64,000 nt of DNA. Origin: Candidatus Latescibacterota bacterium. GTDB lineage: Bacteria > Latescibacterota > UBA2968. Location: contig OZ242195.1 in the NCBI GenBank assembly GCA_965205975.1, forward strand, positions 1,952,001-2,016,000, given 5' to 3'. A program made the translations under genes and the position numbers. Each line of letters opens with the position of its first letter. Within the stretch, counting starts at the first letter, position 1. Under the pieces are notes generated by a model. The model did not search any database and had not been told where the DNA came from. It saw only the letters and a list, made by a program, of their open reading frames with translations. Positions 28,077 to 37,331 of the stretch are shown here, piece after piece.

Positions 28077-29060
28077 TCAAAGATGCCCAACGCCTCGCAA
28101 CACAGCCTCTTGAACCAGCAACTCGTGTTCATAAGATCGATCCGGCGCGCGCTCACCCCGAATAGCCGGTAAAAACGCCTCCAATTCCAGATCGTACAAA
28201 TCCTGCCGAGATTGTTGCGCCACATCGACAAATTGAACACCCGCTTCATACCCATCGCGCGCCTCGTCCAAACACAGGCGGATTTTCTCCGCAGGCTCCA
28301 TCGGCTCCATAATCGCACTGCCCTTTGTGCCATACACCTCAAACCGACGCGCGTTGGGCCGCGGCTCCAGCGCCGCAATATCGACAATGGCAATCGCCCG
28401 CTCAAATTCAAAAATACCCACCCCATTATCAGTAAATCCCTCAACCTCGCGCATATCGTCGCGCAAAAACGGCGTCACGCGCTCGGGCCTTCCCAAAAGA
28501 TGGACAACCTGATCGAGCTGATGCCCACACAAATCGAAAAACACCCCACCCTGATGCACTACAACCCTTTCTTTTTGCACCTTACCCAAAAACGTGGACA
28601 TATGCGCCCGAACCGCAAACACATCGCCCAAAAAACCCGAATGCACCCACTCTGCGATCTTGCGATACCCATCGTGATACCGAAACATGTACCCCATCTG
28701 AATCAACAAATCCCCCTCCCGTGCCCGCGCGATAATCCGCTGCCACTGATCCCAATTCTCACCAGCGGGCTTATCGTACCACACGTGCTTGCCCGCCCGA
28801 ATAATGGCCTCAGTCTGATCCAGACTCTCGACATTTGCACCCTCTGATGCAACAGCCACAATTTCATCATCGTCCAGCATCTCCGCTTCAGACTCAAACC
28901 AATAAACGCCTTCATAACCGCCCGATTGCACCACCTCCTCGCGACGGCTCTCATCGGGTTCGAACACACCAACCACCTCCACCTCAGCATTGGTTTGCAT
29001 CGACCGCAATTTGCCAGCTGCGTGACCGTGTTTTGTTCCGTATTGCGCCATTTTAATCAT
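28077..29060 (-). CDS. Gfo/Idh/MocA family oxidoreductase
   Basis: AGKHVWYDKP, GYMFRY, G.LG.V, GG...DL..H.LD. Confidence 0.9.
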   Translation of the reverse strand: MIKMAQYGTKHGHAAGKLRSMQTNAEVEVVGVFEPDESRREEVVQSGGYEGVYWFESEAEMLDDDEIVAVASEGANVESLDQTEAIIRAGKHVWYDKPAGENWDQWQRIIARAREGDLLIQMGYMFRYHDGYRKIAEWVHSGFLGDVFAVRAHMSTFLGKVQKERVVVHQGGVFFDLCGHQLDQVVHLLGRPERVTPFLRDDMREVEGFTDNGVGIFEFERAIAIVDIAALEPRPNARRFEVYGTKGSAIMEPMEPAEKIRLCLDEARDGYEAGVQFVDVAQQSRQDLYDLELEAFLPAIRGERAPDRSYEHELLVQEAVLRGVGHL

Positions 29061-29076
29061 TTGTCGTTCTCCTTTT

Positions 29077-29178
29077 GAACGGGTTCGAAACCCGTTCCTA
29101 CATTACATATTGCGTACGGGCAGGCACGAGGCACTGCCCCTACATTTCATCTGCGTCCATCTGCGTCCATCTGCGGAT
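29077..29178. repeat. Cluster of GTAG-type REP-like hairpins plus 10-bp tandem repeat
   Basis: gaacgggtt-cg-aaacccgttc-CTAC, then gtacgggcag...ctgccc-CTAC, then (catctgcgtc)x2+catctgcgg. Confidence 0.7.
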
Positions 29179-29187
29179 CAGATGTCT

Positions 29188-30024
29188 CTAAATATCAACA
29201 AACCCTTGTTGTGCCCGTTCTTGTTCCGCCACATCCAGAATGCGTCGAATCAGCAAACTCTCCAGGCGCGGGATATTCGCTTTGCCACTTTCAAAAAAAT
29301 CCATAATCGCCGCAGTAGAACGCGGGAAAATCACCGCCCGATCCACCTCCATATACCGGGTCTCCTCCGTCGTCGTCACAACAGCAGCCTGCGGCGTCCT
29401 GTGTTTCTCATTCATATTGATCACCGCCGTTCGGTTGCCCGTAAAATCGATCAAAATCTGATTGTACTTTCCCTTACCCCGGCGCATCAACCGTTTTGCT
29501 CCCGTACCCATACAACTCACCACAATTTCTGTCGGATGAATACCGTACTCGTCAAAAGACCGCCCACTCTGCCAGACAATTAGGTGTTTCACCTTGCGAG
29601 GACCGACTTCCCGCACAAAATCCTGCACATTGCTATACCGCAGAGCAGATGAAGTTTGTATTGGAACGCGGTACTTATCTGCAAGCGCGAATATCTGTTG
29701 CGCCGTATCGAGATCGGGCGCAAAAGTCTTATCCACATAAGTAGCTTTGCCATAAGGAAAAATCGCCTCACACATAGCCAGGTGGCGCTCCGGAGTCCTC
29801 GGCGCCAGAACGAGATAGTAATCAACCACATCGTTCAAAGCCTGCACGTCCGAAAAATAGGGCACCCCATTTTCCTCTGCCCATGCAAGACTCGATTTCT
29901 GGCGAATACCCGTACAACCCGCCACCTCAAATCCCCGGTCCTTCAACTCATTCCTGAACGCACTCAGATACACATTTGCGTGAAAATTATTCAGATCGAG
30001 ATCGTAAAAACCAACGCGTTTCAA
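29188..30024 (-). CDS. Gfo/Idh/MocA-like oxidoreductase
   Basis: TTG start after AAGGAGG. YVDKTFA, SSALRY, YGIH motifs. Confidence 0.75.
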   Translation of the reverse strand: MKRVGFYDLDLNNFHANVYLSAFRNELKDRGFEVAGCTGIRQKSSLAWAEENGVPYFSDVQALNDVVDYYLVLAPRTPERHLAMCEAIFPYGKATYVDKTFAPDLDTAQQIFALADKYRVPIQTSSALRYSNVQDFVREVGPRKVKHLIVWQSGRSFDEYGIHPTEIVVSCMGTGAKRLMRRGKGKYNQILIDFTGNRTAVINMNEKHRTPQAAVVTTTEETRYMEVDRAVIFPRSTAAIMDFFESGKANIPRLESLLIRRILDVAEQERAQQGFVDI

Positions 30025-30058
30025 GCGGTGACCTCCTTTCAAAATAGGGGTCAGTAGA

Positions 30059-31564
30059 TTACCTCAAACCCAGCCGCACATACTGTTCCGGGGGCGCATC
30101 ACATGCTTCCATCCCTTGAATCAACAGATCCACCATCCGTTTTTCAACCTCCGGATCCTCCAGTGGCTTTTCCTGTTTTGGATCCTGTTCCAAATCGTAT
30201 AACAAGGTCCCAAAATCATGGATTCTCAACAATCTGGGATTAACACCCTTGCTATCCAGACCAGTGTGAATCTTCAGCACCTCACACCCTTTGGTAAAAC
30301 TGAGCGGTTCAGAAAGCGCCATCTTGCCCACCAATTCCTCTGGTGCAAAATGAGATCGGATGTGGGTTGGCATCAACGTATATTCAAACAGAGGCTGATT
30401 TTCCCGGTCTGCCGATGCCCGCATATACACATACCGCCCATCCGTCACATTGCCCTGATGTCCGTGCATCCCAAAAACCGCTGCCTCCCGCACCGCCGTA
30501 TCGTTATCCACCGCATCGCCAAGTGGTTTGCCGAGCATATCCACTGTCGGCTCCAAACCAAAAAAGTCCAGCAACGTCGGCCCCAGATCAATCGACGGCT
30601 GTACCAATGCCTCCCGCCGTTCCCCTTTCTTACCACATCGCGGATCCCAGATAAAAAACGGTGTGTGGGCCACTTCCTCATAAAAAGGCATCCACATCTT
30701 TGCCCAGCAATCGTGCTCACTCAGCAAAAACCCGTGATCGGTCCACACCACCAGCAACGTATCTTCCCACATCTCCAACTCATCCATCAAATCCAGCACA
30801 TCGCCCAGCTTGGCATCGCACATCGACAGCAGCGACGCATATTCAAATCGCATATGCTCAATTTGCTCCCGCGTCTCTTTCACCGGTTCATAACTCGGCC
30901 AATCATGCAACGGACCGTCGTAATCGCGATAATGTTCGGCGTAGAGATCCTTAAACTTGCGCTGGGAGAAAAACGGCTCATGGGGATCAAATGTTTCAAT
31001 CTGCAAAAACCAATTGTCTTCCGTATGGTTCCGCCGAATAAAATCAATCCCCGCCTCAAACGTCTTCGACTGGGGTTGATCTTCTTCCCGCCGCATAAAC
31101 TGCCGATTGATCAAATCCTGCCGGGACAGGTCATCCTCACCCGAATTTCGCCCATACGTATTTTCCGTAGAAGGATCTGCCACCTGTCCCTTCCACAGAT
31201 CTCCTTCCTGTCCCCTGAAAAACTGCCAGGTGCTATACTGGGTGTGATACGTACACCCGCCGTCTTCCCAATAATGCTGATGATCGCTCACCAGATGGCT
31301 CGAAACACCATGCTCCTTTAACATGCGGGGCACCGAATCGTCAAACGGCTCCAGCGGTCCCCACGAACGATGCAAAAAATTGGGCCGCCCCGTATGAAAA
31401 TCCCGCCTGGCTGGCATACACGGCATCGAACACACATACGACCTGTCAAACGTCACCGCGCGCTCTGCCAACCGTTTAAAATTTGGCGTATGCGTCCAGT
31501 CACACCCATAGGGCGACAACAGATGTCGATTTAGTGAATCAAACATCACCACAACTGCCTTCAT
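30059..31564 (-). CDS. Sulfatase (Cys-type)
   Basis: MFDSLNRH, CMPARRDFHTGR, DPHEPF, TDHG, LYDLEQDP.Q. Confidence 0.92.
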   Translation of the reverse strand: MKAVVVMFDSLNRHLLSPYGCDWTHTPNFKRLAERAVTFDRSYVCSMPCMPARRDFHTGRPNFLHRSWGPLEPFDDSVPRMLKEHGVSSHLVSDHQHYWEDGGCTYHTQYSTWQFFRGQEGDLWKGQVADPSTENTYGRNSGEDDLSRQDLINRQFMRREEDQPQSKTFEAGIDFIRRNHTEDNWFLQIETFDPHEPFFSQRKFKDLYAEHYRDYDGPLHDWPSYEPVKETREQIEHMRFEYASLLSMCDAKLGDVLDLMDELEMWEDTLLVVWTDHGFLLSEHDCWAKMWMPFYEEVAHTPFFIWDPRCGKKGERREALVQPSIDLGPTLLDFFGLEPTVDMLGKPLGDAVDNDTAVREAAVFGMHGHQGNVTDGRYVYMRASADRENQPLFEYTLMPTHIRSHFAPEELVGKMALSEPLSFTKGCEVLKIHTGLDSKGVNPRLLRIHDFGTLLYDLEQDPKQEKPLEDPEVEKRMVDLLIQGMEACDAPPEQYVRLGLR

Positions 31565-31611
31565 ATCTCCTCCTCTTTGATCAAATCCCCACTTCCAATT
31601 CTAACGCCTTT

Positions 31612-31685
31612 AGAATATAACGCTATCGAACCGAAGTCAAACGAGATAACTCTGCCTTGACTTCCCAATCGCAAATCCCTACCAT
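31612..31685. promoter_or_regulatory. Back-to-back divergent sigma70 promoters
   Basis: Minus: TTGACT-17-TATTCT (31640-31612). Plus: TTGACT-17-TACCAT (31657-31685). Confidence 0.65.
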
Positions 31686-31712
31686 GCAATTGCTTTTGAT
31701 AAAGGACAAGCA

Positions 31713-32765
31713 ATGGATAAACAAATTCCAAAACGCGGGCTGGTGGAGCGCCTGAACGAAAGCGGTGTAATATGCGCCGAAGGGTATGTATTTGAACTCG
31801 AGCGCAGGGGATATCTCCAGGCGGGAGCTTATGTGCCCGAAGTTGTCTTAGAACACCCCGAAGCAGTCGCCGCTTTACACCGAGAATTTCTGCGGGCAGG
31901 CTCAGATGTCATCGAAGCCCTCACGTATTATGCCCACCGCGAAAAACTCCGTCTAATCGGCAAAGAAGAACTGCTCGAACCCCTTCAAAAAAACGCCTTA
32001 TCACTCGCCCACGACATAGCGCGAGAAGCCACTGGAGAGCCACCTCTGGTCGCGGGCAATATTTGCAACACAAATATCTGGCATCCCAATGACAAAGCAT
32101 CCGACGCGCTTGTTCGCGGCATGTTCGAAGAGCAAATCAACTGGGCAGCCGAAGCAAATGTCGATTTTATAATCGCCGAAACCTTCTCCTTTTTTGGCGA
32201 AGCGCGAATCGCCCTCAATGCCATCAAAGAATCTGGCCTACCCGCTGTCGTCACCCTCACCCCGCACAGGGAAGACGACCTCAGAGACGAGATTCCTCTC
32301 GAAGTCGCGGCCAAACAATTAGAGCAAGATGGTGCAACCGTCGTCGGTATTAACTGCGCGCGAGGTCCTCAGACCATGCTGCCCGCTGTCGTGCGCATCC
32401 GGCAAGCAGTCTCATGCCATGTTGCGGCATTGCCCGTCCCCTACCGCACCACCCTTGATCATCCCACCATGCAGTCCCTCCGCGACCCGCGCTTGCCCGA
32501 AGACCGCCCCTTTCCCACTGCGCTTGATCCCTTTACCTGCAATCGATACGAAATGGCAGAATTTGCCAGAGAAGCATATAGCGCGGATATCCGCTACCTC
32601 GGCGTCTGCTGCGGAGGCGCACCTCATCATGTTCGCGCTATTGCAGAAGCACTCGGTCGCACGCCAGAAGCCAGTCGCTATTCGCCAGACATGTCCAGGC
32701 ACTATGCCTTCGGCACCCACAAAAGCCTGAAAAAATACAATCTGGACAACGCAAAAAATCTCTAA
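31713..32765 (+). CDS. Homocysteine S-methyltransferase (BHMT-like)
   Basis: LHREFLRAGSDV, GINCARGP and GVCCGG zinc-binding cysteines. Confidence 0.9.
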   Translation: MDKQIPKRGLVERLNESGVICAEGYVFELERRGYLQAGAYVPEVVLEHPEAVAALHREFLRAGSDVIEALTYYAHREKLRLIGKEELLEPLQKNALSLAHDIAREATGEPPLVAGNICNTNIWHPNDKASDALVRGMFEEQINWAAEANVDFIIAETFSFFGEARIALNAIKESGLPAVVTLTPHREDDLRDEIPLEVAAKQLEQDGATVVGINCARGPQTMLPAVVRIRQAVSCHVAALPVPYRTTLDHPTMQSLRDPRLPEDRPFPTALDPFTCNRYEMAEFAREAYSADIRYLGVCCGGAPHHVRAIAEALGRTPEASRYSPDMSRHYAFGTHKSLKKYNLDNAKNL

Positions 32766-32774
32766 TACAAGACC

Positions 32775-33947
32775 ATGAAAACAGATTACGAATACATCGT
32801 CCTCGGTTGTGGAGGCATCGGCAGTGCAACAGCGTATTGGCTCTCGCGCCGAAAAAGCCAAGACGTCTTGGGCATAGAACAATTTGAACACGGTCATCAC
32901 TACGGCGGCTCCCAGGATCACTCGCGCATCATCCGCCTGACCTATTACTACCCTCAATATATCCGCCTGGCACCTGACTCGTACACTGCATGGCATACGC
33001 TCGAAGAGGAATCCGGCGTCCAGATGGTCTTCAAAACGGGTAGCATCCAATTTTCACCCGTCGATCATCCCTACCGATATGAAATCGACAAATACACGGG
33101 CGCAATGGATGAAACAGGTGTTCCCTACGATCGCGTTGACGCCGATGAAATCGCGAAACGCTTTCCGCAATTCCGTCTAAAATACGAAGTCGATGGTATC
33201 TATCAGGCCGATACCGGATTGGTAGATGCAAGTCGGGGAAATGCCACCCATGTAGCCATGGCGCGTTATCGCGGTGCCACCATGCTGGACAACTGTGAAG
33301 CCACGCGCATTCGCCCAACGGACACCGGTGTCACAATCGAAACCAAACAGGGCAACTTCTCATGCCGCAAACTCATCGTCACAGCCGGTGCCTGGACAGA
33401 TCGCCTGCTCGCCAGCGTGAACATAGATCTTTCTCTCACCGTAACCCAGGAACAGGTTACATACTACGCCACGCCAAACCTGCCGGACTTTGCCATTGGA
33501 AAATTCCCCATATTCATCTCTCATGCCGACGAATCCATCTACGGATTCCCCATCTATGGCGAAGTCGCCACCAAAGTCGGCATTGACGCATCCGGTCCCG
33601 CAGTAACAACCGATACGCGCACCTATGACCCCGATGCCGAACGCGAACGTCGCCAGGAAGCCTGGCTCAAAGAAAACATCCCCGGATTTCTCGGCCCAAA
33701 GCTCTACACCAAAACCTGTCTTTACACAATGCCCAAAGATCGCCACTTCGTAATCGATACACTCCCCGAGCATCCCCAGATCATCGTCTGCGTCGGCGCC
33801 GGACACGCGTACAAATTCTCTGGCATCCTGGGCAAAATCCTCAGCGAACTCGCCATTGATGGACACACAGATTATCCAATAGAACCCTTCGCACTGCAAC
33901 GCGACGCCATCACCGATCCCAATTTTAAACCCGTCTTTCGAATGTGA
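32775..33947 (+). CDS. solA: Monomeric sarcosine/N-methyltryptophan oxidase family
   Basis: GCGGIGS FAD motif, GSQDHSRIIR, TCLYT (covalent FAD Cys), GHAYKF. Confidence 0.88.
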   Translation: MKTDYEYIVLGCGGIGSATAYWLSRRKSQDVLGIEQFEHGHHYGGSQDHSRIIRLTYYYPQYIRLAPDSYTAWHTLEEESGVQMVFKTGSIQFSPVDHPYRYEIDKYTGAMDETGVPYDRVDADEIAKRFPQFRLKYEVDGIYQADTGLVDASRGNATHVAMARYRGATMLDNCEATRIRPTDTGVTIETKQGNFSCRKLIVTAGAWTDRLLASVNIDLSLTVTQEQVTYYATPNLPDFAIGKFPIFISHADESIYGFPIYGEVATKVGIDASGPAVTTDTRTYDPDAERERRQEAWLKENIPGFLGPKLYTKTCLYTMPKDRHFVIDTLPEHPQIIVCVGAGHAYKFSGILGKILSELAIDGHTDYPIEPFALQRDAITDPNFKPVFRM

Positions 33948-33948
33948 T

Positions 33949-34677
33949 ATGCCTGATATCCTGCGTCTAAACATGTGGAGTGGTCCCCGCAATGTCTCAA
34001 CCGCCCTCATGTACTCATTTGCACAGCGGTCAGACACCCGCGTAATCGACGAACCCCTCTACGGTCATTATTTACGCGTGTCTTCTGCCGCACACCCGGG
34101 CGCAAACGAAGTCATGTCCGCCATGGAATGCAATGGCGAAAACGTCATTCGCGATATCATTCTCGGCCCATGTGATCGCCCCGTGCTCTTTATGAAACAG
34201 ATGGCTCATCACCTCGTCGAAATAAGCCACGACTTTTTTGCACACACCCACAATGTCCTGCTCACGCGCGACCCCGTTGACATGCTCCCCTCGCTCGTCA
34301 ACCAGCTCAAAATCCCCACCCTGCGCGACACGGGCTACAAAATGCAAGCCCAGCTTCTGCGCGAATTTCACGCCACAGGTCAAAAATACCCCGTACTCGA
34401 TTCCCGAGAACTCCTCAAAAATCCACGGCATGTCCTCACAAAACTCTGTGACGCTCTCAACATACCCTTTGACCCCGCAATGTTCACCTGGAAATCCGGA
34501 CCTCGCTCCGAAGACGGAATATGGGCGAAACACTGGTATCACAACGTCCACAAATCCACTGGCTTTCAGCCTTATCGCCCCAAAACCGACCCCTTTCCCG
34601 ATCATTTGCGACCACTCCTCGAAGAATGTCAACCCTATTACGATCAGCTTTACGCACATGCCATCAAAGCTGAGTAA
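33949..34677 (+). CDS. Sulfotransferase-like P-loop protein of the type found with class IV aminotransferases
   Basis: MWSGPRNVSTALMYSF, DEPLY, KQMAHH, DGIWAKHWY. Confidence 0.82.
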   Translation: MPDILRLNMWSGPRNVSTALMYSFAQRSDTRVIDEPLYGHYLRVSSAAHPGANEVMSAMECNGENVIRDIILGPCDRPVLFMKQMAHHLVEISHDFFAHTHNVLLTRDPVDMLPSLVNQLKIPTLRDTGYKMQAQLLREFHATGQKYPVLDSRELLKNPRHVLTKLCDALNIPFDPAMFTWKSGPRSEDGIWAKHWYHNVHKSTGFQPYRPKTDPFPDHLRPLLEECQPYYDQLYAHAIKAE

Positions 34678-34688
34678 ACGGAGTCCCC

Positions 34689-35591
34689 GTGTCTATCCAA
34701 TTACCCGACCCGCGAAACGAAAACATCCTCATCCACGTCGGCGGTGAACTGTTCCCGCGCGAAGACGCCAAAATATCCGTTTTTGATAGCTCGGTCCAGG
34801 GCGGCGATGCCGTGTGGGAGGGCCTGCGCGTGTACAACGGCAAAATCTTCCAACTCGACGCGCACCTCGACCGCCTCTTCGACTCTGCCAAAGCCATGGC
34901 TTTTGCGGATATCCCCTCTCGTGAAGCAATCAAAACCGCGATCTTTGAAACCCTCAAAGCCAATAACATGCGCGATGAAGTACATATCCGGCTCACGCTC
35001 ACGCGAGGGAAAAAAACCTCATCGGGCATGAGTCCGCACTTTAATCAATACGGCTCCTGCCTCATTGTGCTACCAGAATGGAAACCCCCTGTGTATTCCT
35101 CAGACGGCATCCGTCTGATCACCGCCTCTGTTCGCCGCAATCCGCCCATGTGCATCGACTCCAAAATCCATCACAACAATTTGATCAACAACATCCTCGC
35201 CAAAATCGAGGCCAATGTCGCAGGCGTTGATGACGCGATCATGCTCGACATCTTCGGCTATGTTTCCGAAACCAATGCCACCAATATCTTCATCATAAAA
35301 AAAGGGGCGCTTATCACGCCCCACGCGGATTCCTGCTTGCCCGGCATAACAAGAGGTGTAGTAATCGACCTCGCACGCGACCTGGACATCGAAGTTACCG
35401 AACGCAACCTATCGCTTACCGAAGTCTATACAGCAGATGAAAGCTTCACCACGGGCACCATGGGCGAACTGTCACCCATCCTCGAAGTAGATGGCCGCAC
35501 CATCGGCAACGGCAAACCCGGTCCCATCACCAACCGCCTGCGCGAACAATACGCCCAACACACCGCAGAACACGGCTACTCCATTCCTTAA
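34689..35591 (+). CDS. Class IV aminotransferase (IlvE-like)
   Basis: GDAVWEGLR, HLDRL..SA, SKIHHNNL, ETNATN.F, LPGITR, ADE.F.TGT..E. Confidence 0.92.
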   Translation: MSIQLPDPRNENILIHVGGELFPREDAKISVFDSSVQGGDAVWEGLRVYNGKIFQLDAHLDRLFDSAKAMAFADIPSREAIKTAIFETLKANNMRDEVHIRLTLTRGKKTSSGMSPHFNQYGSCLIVLPEWKPPVYSSDGIRLITASVRRNPPMCIDSKIHHNNLINNILAKIEANVAGVDDAIMLDIFGYVSETNATNIFIIKKGALITPHADSCLPGITRGVVIDLARDLDIEVTERNLSLTEVYTADESFTTGTMGELSPILEVDGRTIGNGKPGPITNRLREQYAQHTAEHGYSIP

Positions 35592-35602
35592 ACATCACAT
35601 AC

Positions 35603-35639
35603 AAAAAAAGCCAACGCACAAACGTCGGCCTTTTGTGAT
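35603..35639. repeat. Terminator-like palindrome, repeated at 36422-36453 and partially at 37301-37319
   Basis: aaaaaaagccaacgcacaaacgtcggc(c)tttt; related hairpin at 53356-53383. Confidence 0.8.
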
Positions 35640-35676
35640 TTGAGCTATTGGTATTGTTGATTAGATCAAAACATCT

Positions 35677-36255
35677 TCAAATCTCCCAGTTCGAGGTATA
35701 AGACCGGTCATGGAGTCGCTCTGCAAGTTCAATCAGCACATCCAGTGACTTGCTCAATCTCGCCTTCCTCTTATCATCGAGTTTGCCTTCCTCAACCCAA
35801 TTGGCATCGTGAACATACACGTTATACGGGCTGATAATACACTTAAAATCCAGCATAAGAGATGTTGCCAGCGAAGCAAACGCCATATAGCTGTGTGGCA
35901 ATCCGCCCGCATTGACAAACATGACGATCTTATCGTAGAAAGCTCCTCGGAGGGAACCATCTTGTGGCGTGGAGCCTATATACTCGACAAATTTCTTGAG
36001 TTCCGAGCAACACGCCCAATTGTACACTGGGCTGGCCAATATCACAGCATCTGCGGCTGCGATGACTCTGTGGCACGATAGGTAAACCTCTGAGGAATAG
36101 ATCTCATCGTCGTCGAAATTTGGTGGGTCAAGTTGCCGGAGATCGATAAAGTCAACAGAAATGCCCTTGTCCTCCAGAGCGGTTTGGCACATGGCAGCGA
36201 GCATCCTACTGCGACTATGGGTATTGAGACTACTGCTGACAACTGAAATTCTCAT
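35677..36255 (-). CDS. NADPH-dependent FMN reductase
   Basis: SSL...SRS, ADAVILASPVYN....LK. Confidence 0.85.
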   Translation of the reverse strand: MRISVVSSSLNTHSRSRMLAAMCQTALEDKGISVDFIDLRQLDPPNFDDDEIYSSEVYLSCHRVIAAADAVILASPVYNWACCSELKKFVEYIGSTPQDGSLRGAFYDKIVMFVNAGGLPHSYMAFASLATSLMLDFKCIISPYNVYVHDANWVEEGKLDDKRKARLSKSLDVLIELAERLHDRSYTSNWEI

Positions 36256-36517
36256 CTGCACCTTTCTTCAAAGTATAGTGTCGATATGTTATGTGTAAAA
36301 AAATAGCCTCTTTGTAATCCCAATACATCGTCCTCAAGTACCAAAATAACCTGTTCTTTTGGACAGGTTATTGAAGCCTGAAAAACACCTTTTTTCAAAC
36401 TCATTGCAGTAGGCCGAGCCGAAAAAAAAGCCAACGCACAAACGTCGGCTTTTAGTACTCTTTTTTTCCTTCACCTACACTTTATACCTCTCGACGGATC
36501 GCAACGCTCGCTGTGTC

Positions 36518-36880
36518 CTACTTATAGACCAGGTGATCAGAAGTACGATCTTGATCTACCTGTACATGTAGCCTTCCCTGCCGATGAGATACCGGTTCCC
36601 TGATAACGATTTCTACGTCACGCCCAAGTGCTGTCAACAGACGCAAAAGACGCTCCATGGAATACTCACGAAAGTCCCCTCTCAGGAGACGCGAAACATC
36701 AGGTTGGGACAGACCGAGCAATTTCGCAGCCTCGACCTGCTTGAGTCCGCGCTGACGAATAATTTTGTCAATGCGGGTGACAAGCTCTGCCTTTAGTAAG
36801 TGAGCTTCGGCGTCAGGTCGCCCCAGGTCGGCGAACACGTTACCACTTCCACGTTCGATATTGATCTCTTTTGTCTTCAT
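36518..36880 (-). CDS. XRE/HigA-like antitoxin (HTH)
   Basis: GSGNVFADLG, GLKQVEAAKLLGLSQPDVSRLLRG, LGRDVEIVI. Confidence 0.9.
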   Translation of the reverse strand: MKTKEINIERGSGNVFADLGRPDAEAHLLKAELVTRIDKIIRQRGLKQVEAAKLLGLSQPDVSRLLRGDFREYSMERLLRLLTALGRDVEIVIREPVSHRQGRLHVQVDQDRTSDHLVYK

Positions 36881-36884
36881 TGCT

Positions 36885-37253
36885 TTACCTTTCGCCATAG
36901 ACATCCTTGTAGTGTTGTTCCGCTGTCCTTAGCCTGCGTTTGATCAGATCAATCTCCTGTTTTGGTGTCTCAATACCTCGCCTGGCTTTCTTCTGGAAGG
37001 CATGCAAGACATAGACCGCCAACTTGAATCGGACTGTATAAACCGCTCGGTAGGTATCGCCGTCGTGACGGGAAACGACCTCTAAAACACGGGGGCCCAC
37101 CCCCTTGAGCGGTTTGGCATCGCGGTGCCTAAGTCCGATCTGGGCCTGATACAGGGCAAAACCGACCCGGTCCTGCACGGCAGCCGGAAACTTCTTTAAG
37201 TCCCCTTTACTCGATCCGACCCATTCGACGGGCTTAAGCATCTCACTGGTCAT
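36885..37253 (-). CDS. RelE/HigB (Gp49-like) toxin
   Basis: KPVEWVGSS..DL..FP, AKPLKG, YRAVY, VYVLHAFQKK; toxin-first order. Confidence 0.9.
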   Translation of the reverse strand: MTSEMLKPVEWVGSSKGDLKKFPAAVQDRVGFALYQAQIGLRHRDAKPLKGVGPRVLEVVSRHDGDTYRAVYTVRFKLAVYVLHAFQKKARRGIETPKQEIDLIKRRLRTAEQHYKDVYGER

Positions 37254-37259
37254 ATCTAA

Positions 37260-37288
37260 ATTATAGTGATTTCACCATATTTACACAA
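37260..37288 (-). promoter_or_regulatory. Leaderless sigma70 promoter with operator palindrome
   Basis: TTGTGT-17-TATAAT then 6 nt to ATG; inverted repeat TATGGTGA-aa-TCACTATA lies across it. Confidence 0.65.
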
Positions 37289-37331
37289 GCACCTTTTTGT
37301 AAACGTCGGCTTTTGTGATACCTTTTTTCTC

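Noticed and set aside
28061..28444. N-terminal extension of the 599-aa sulfatase in the ORF track
   Set aside because: Overlaps the Gfo/Idh/MocA gene; the real start is 28060 with an RBS. Similar extensions were trimmed for other genes.
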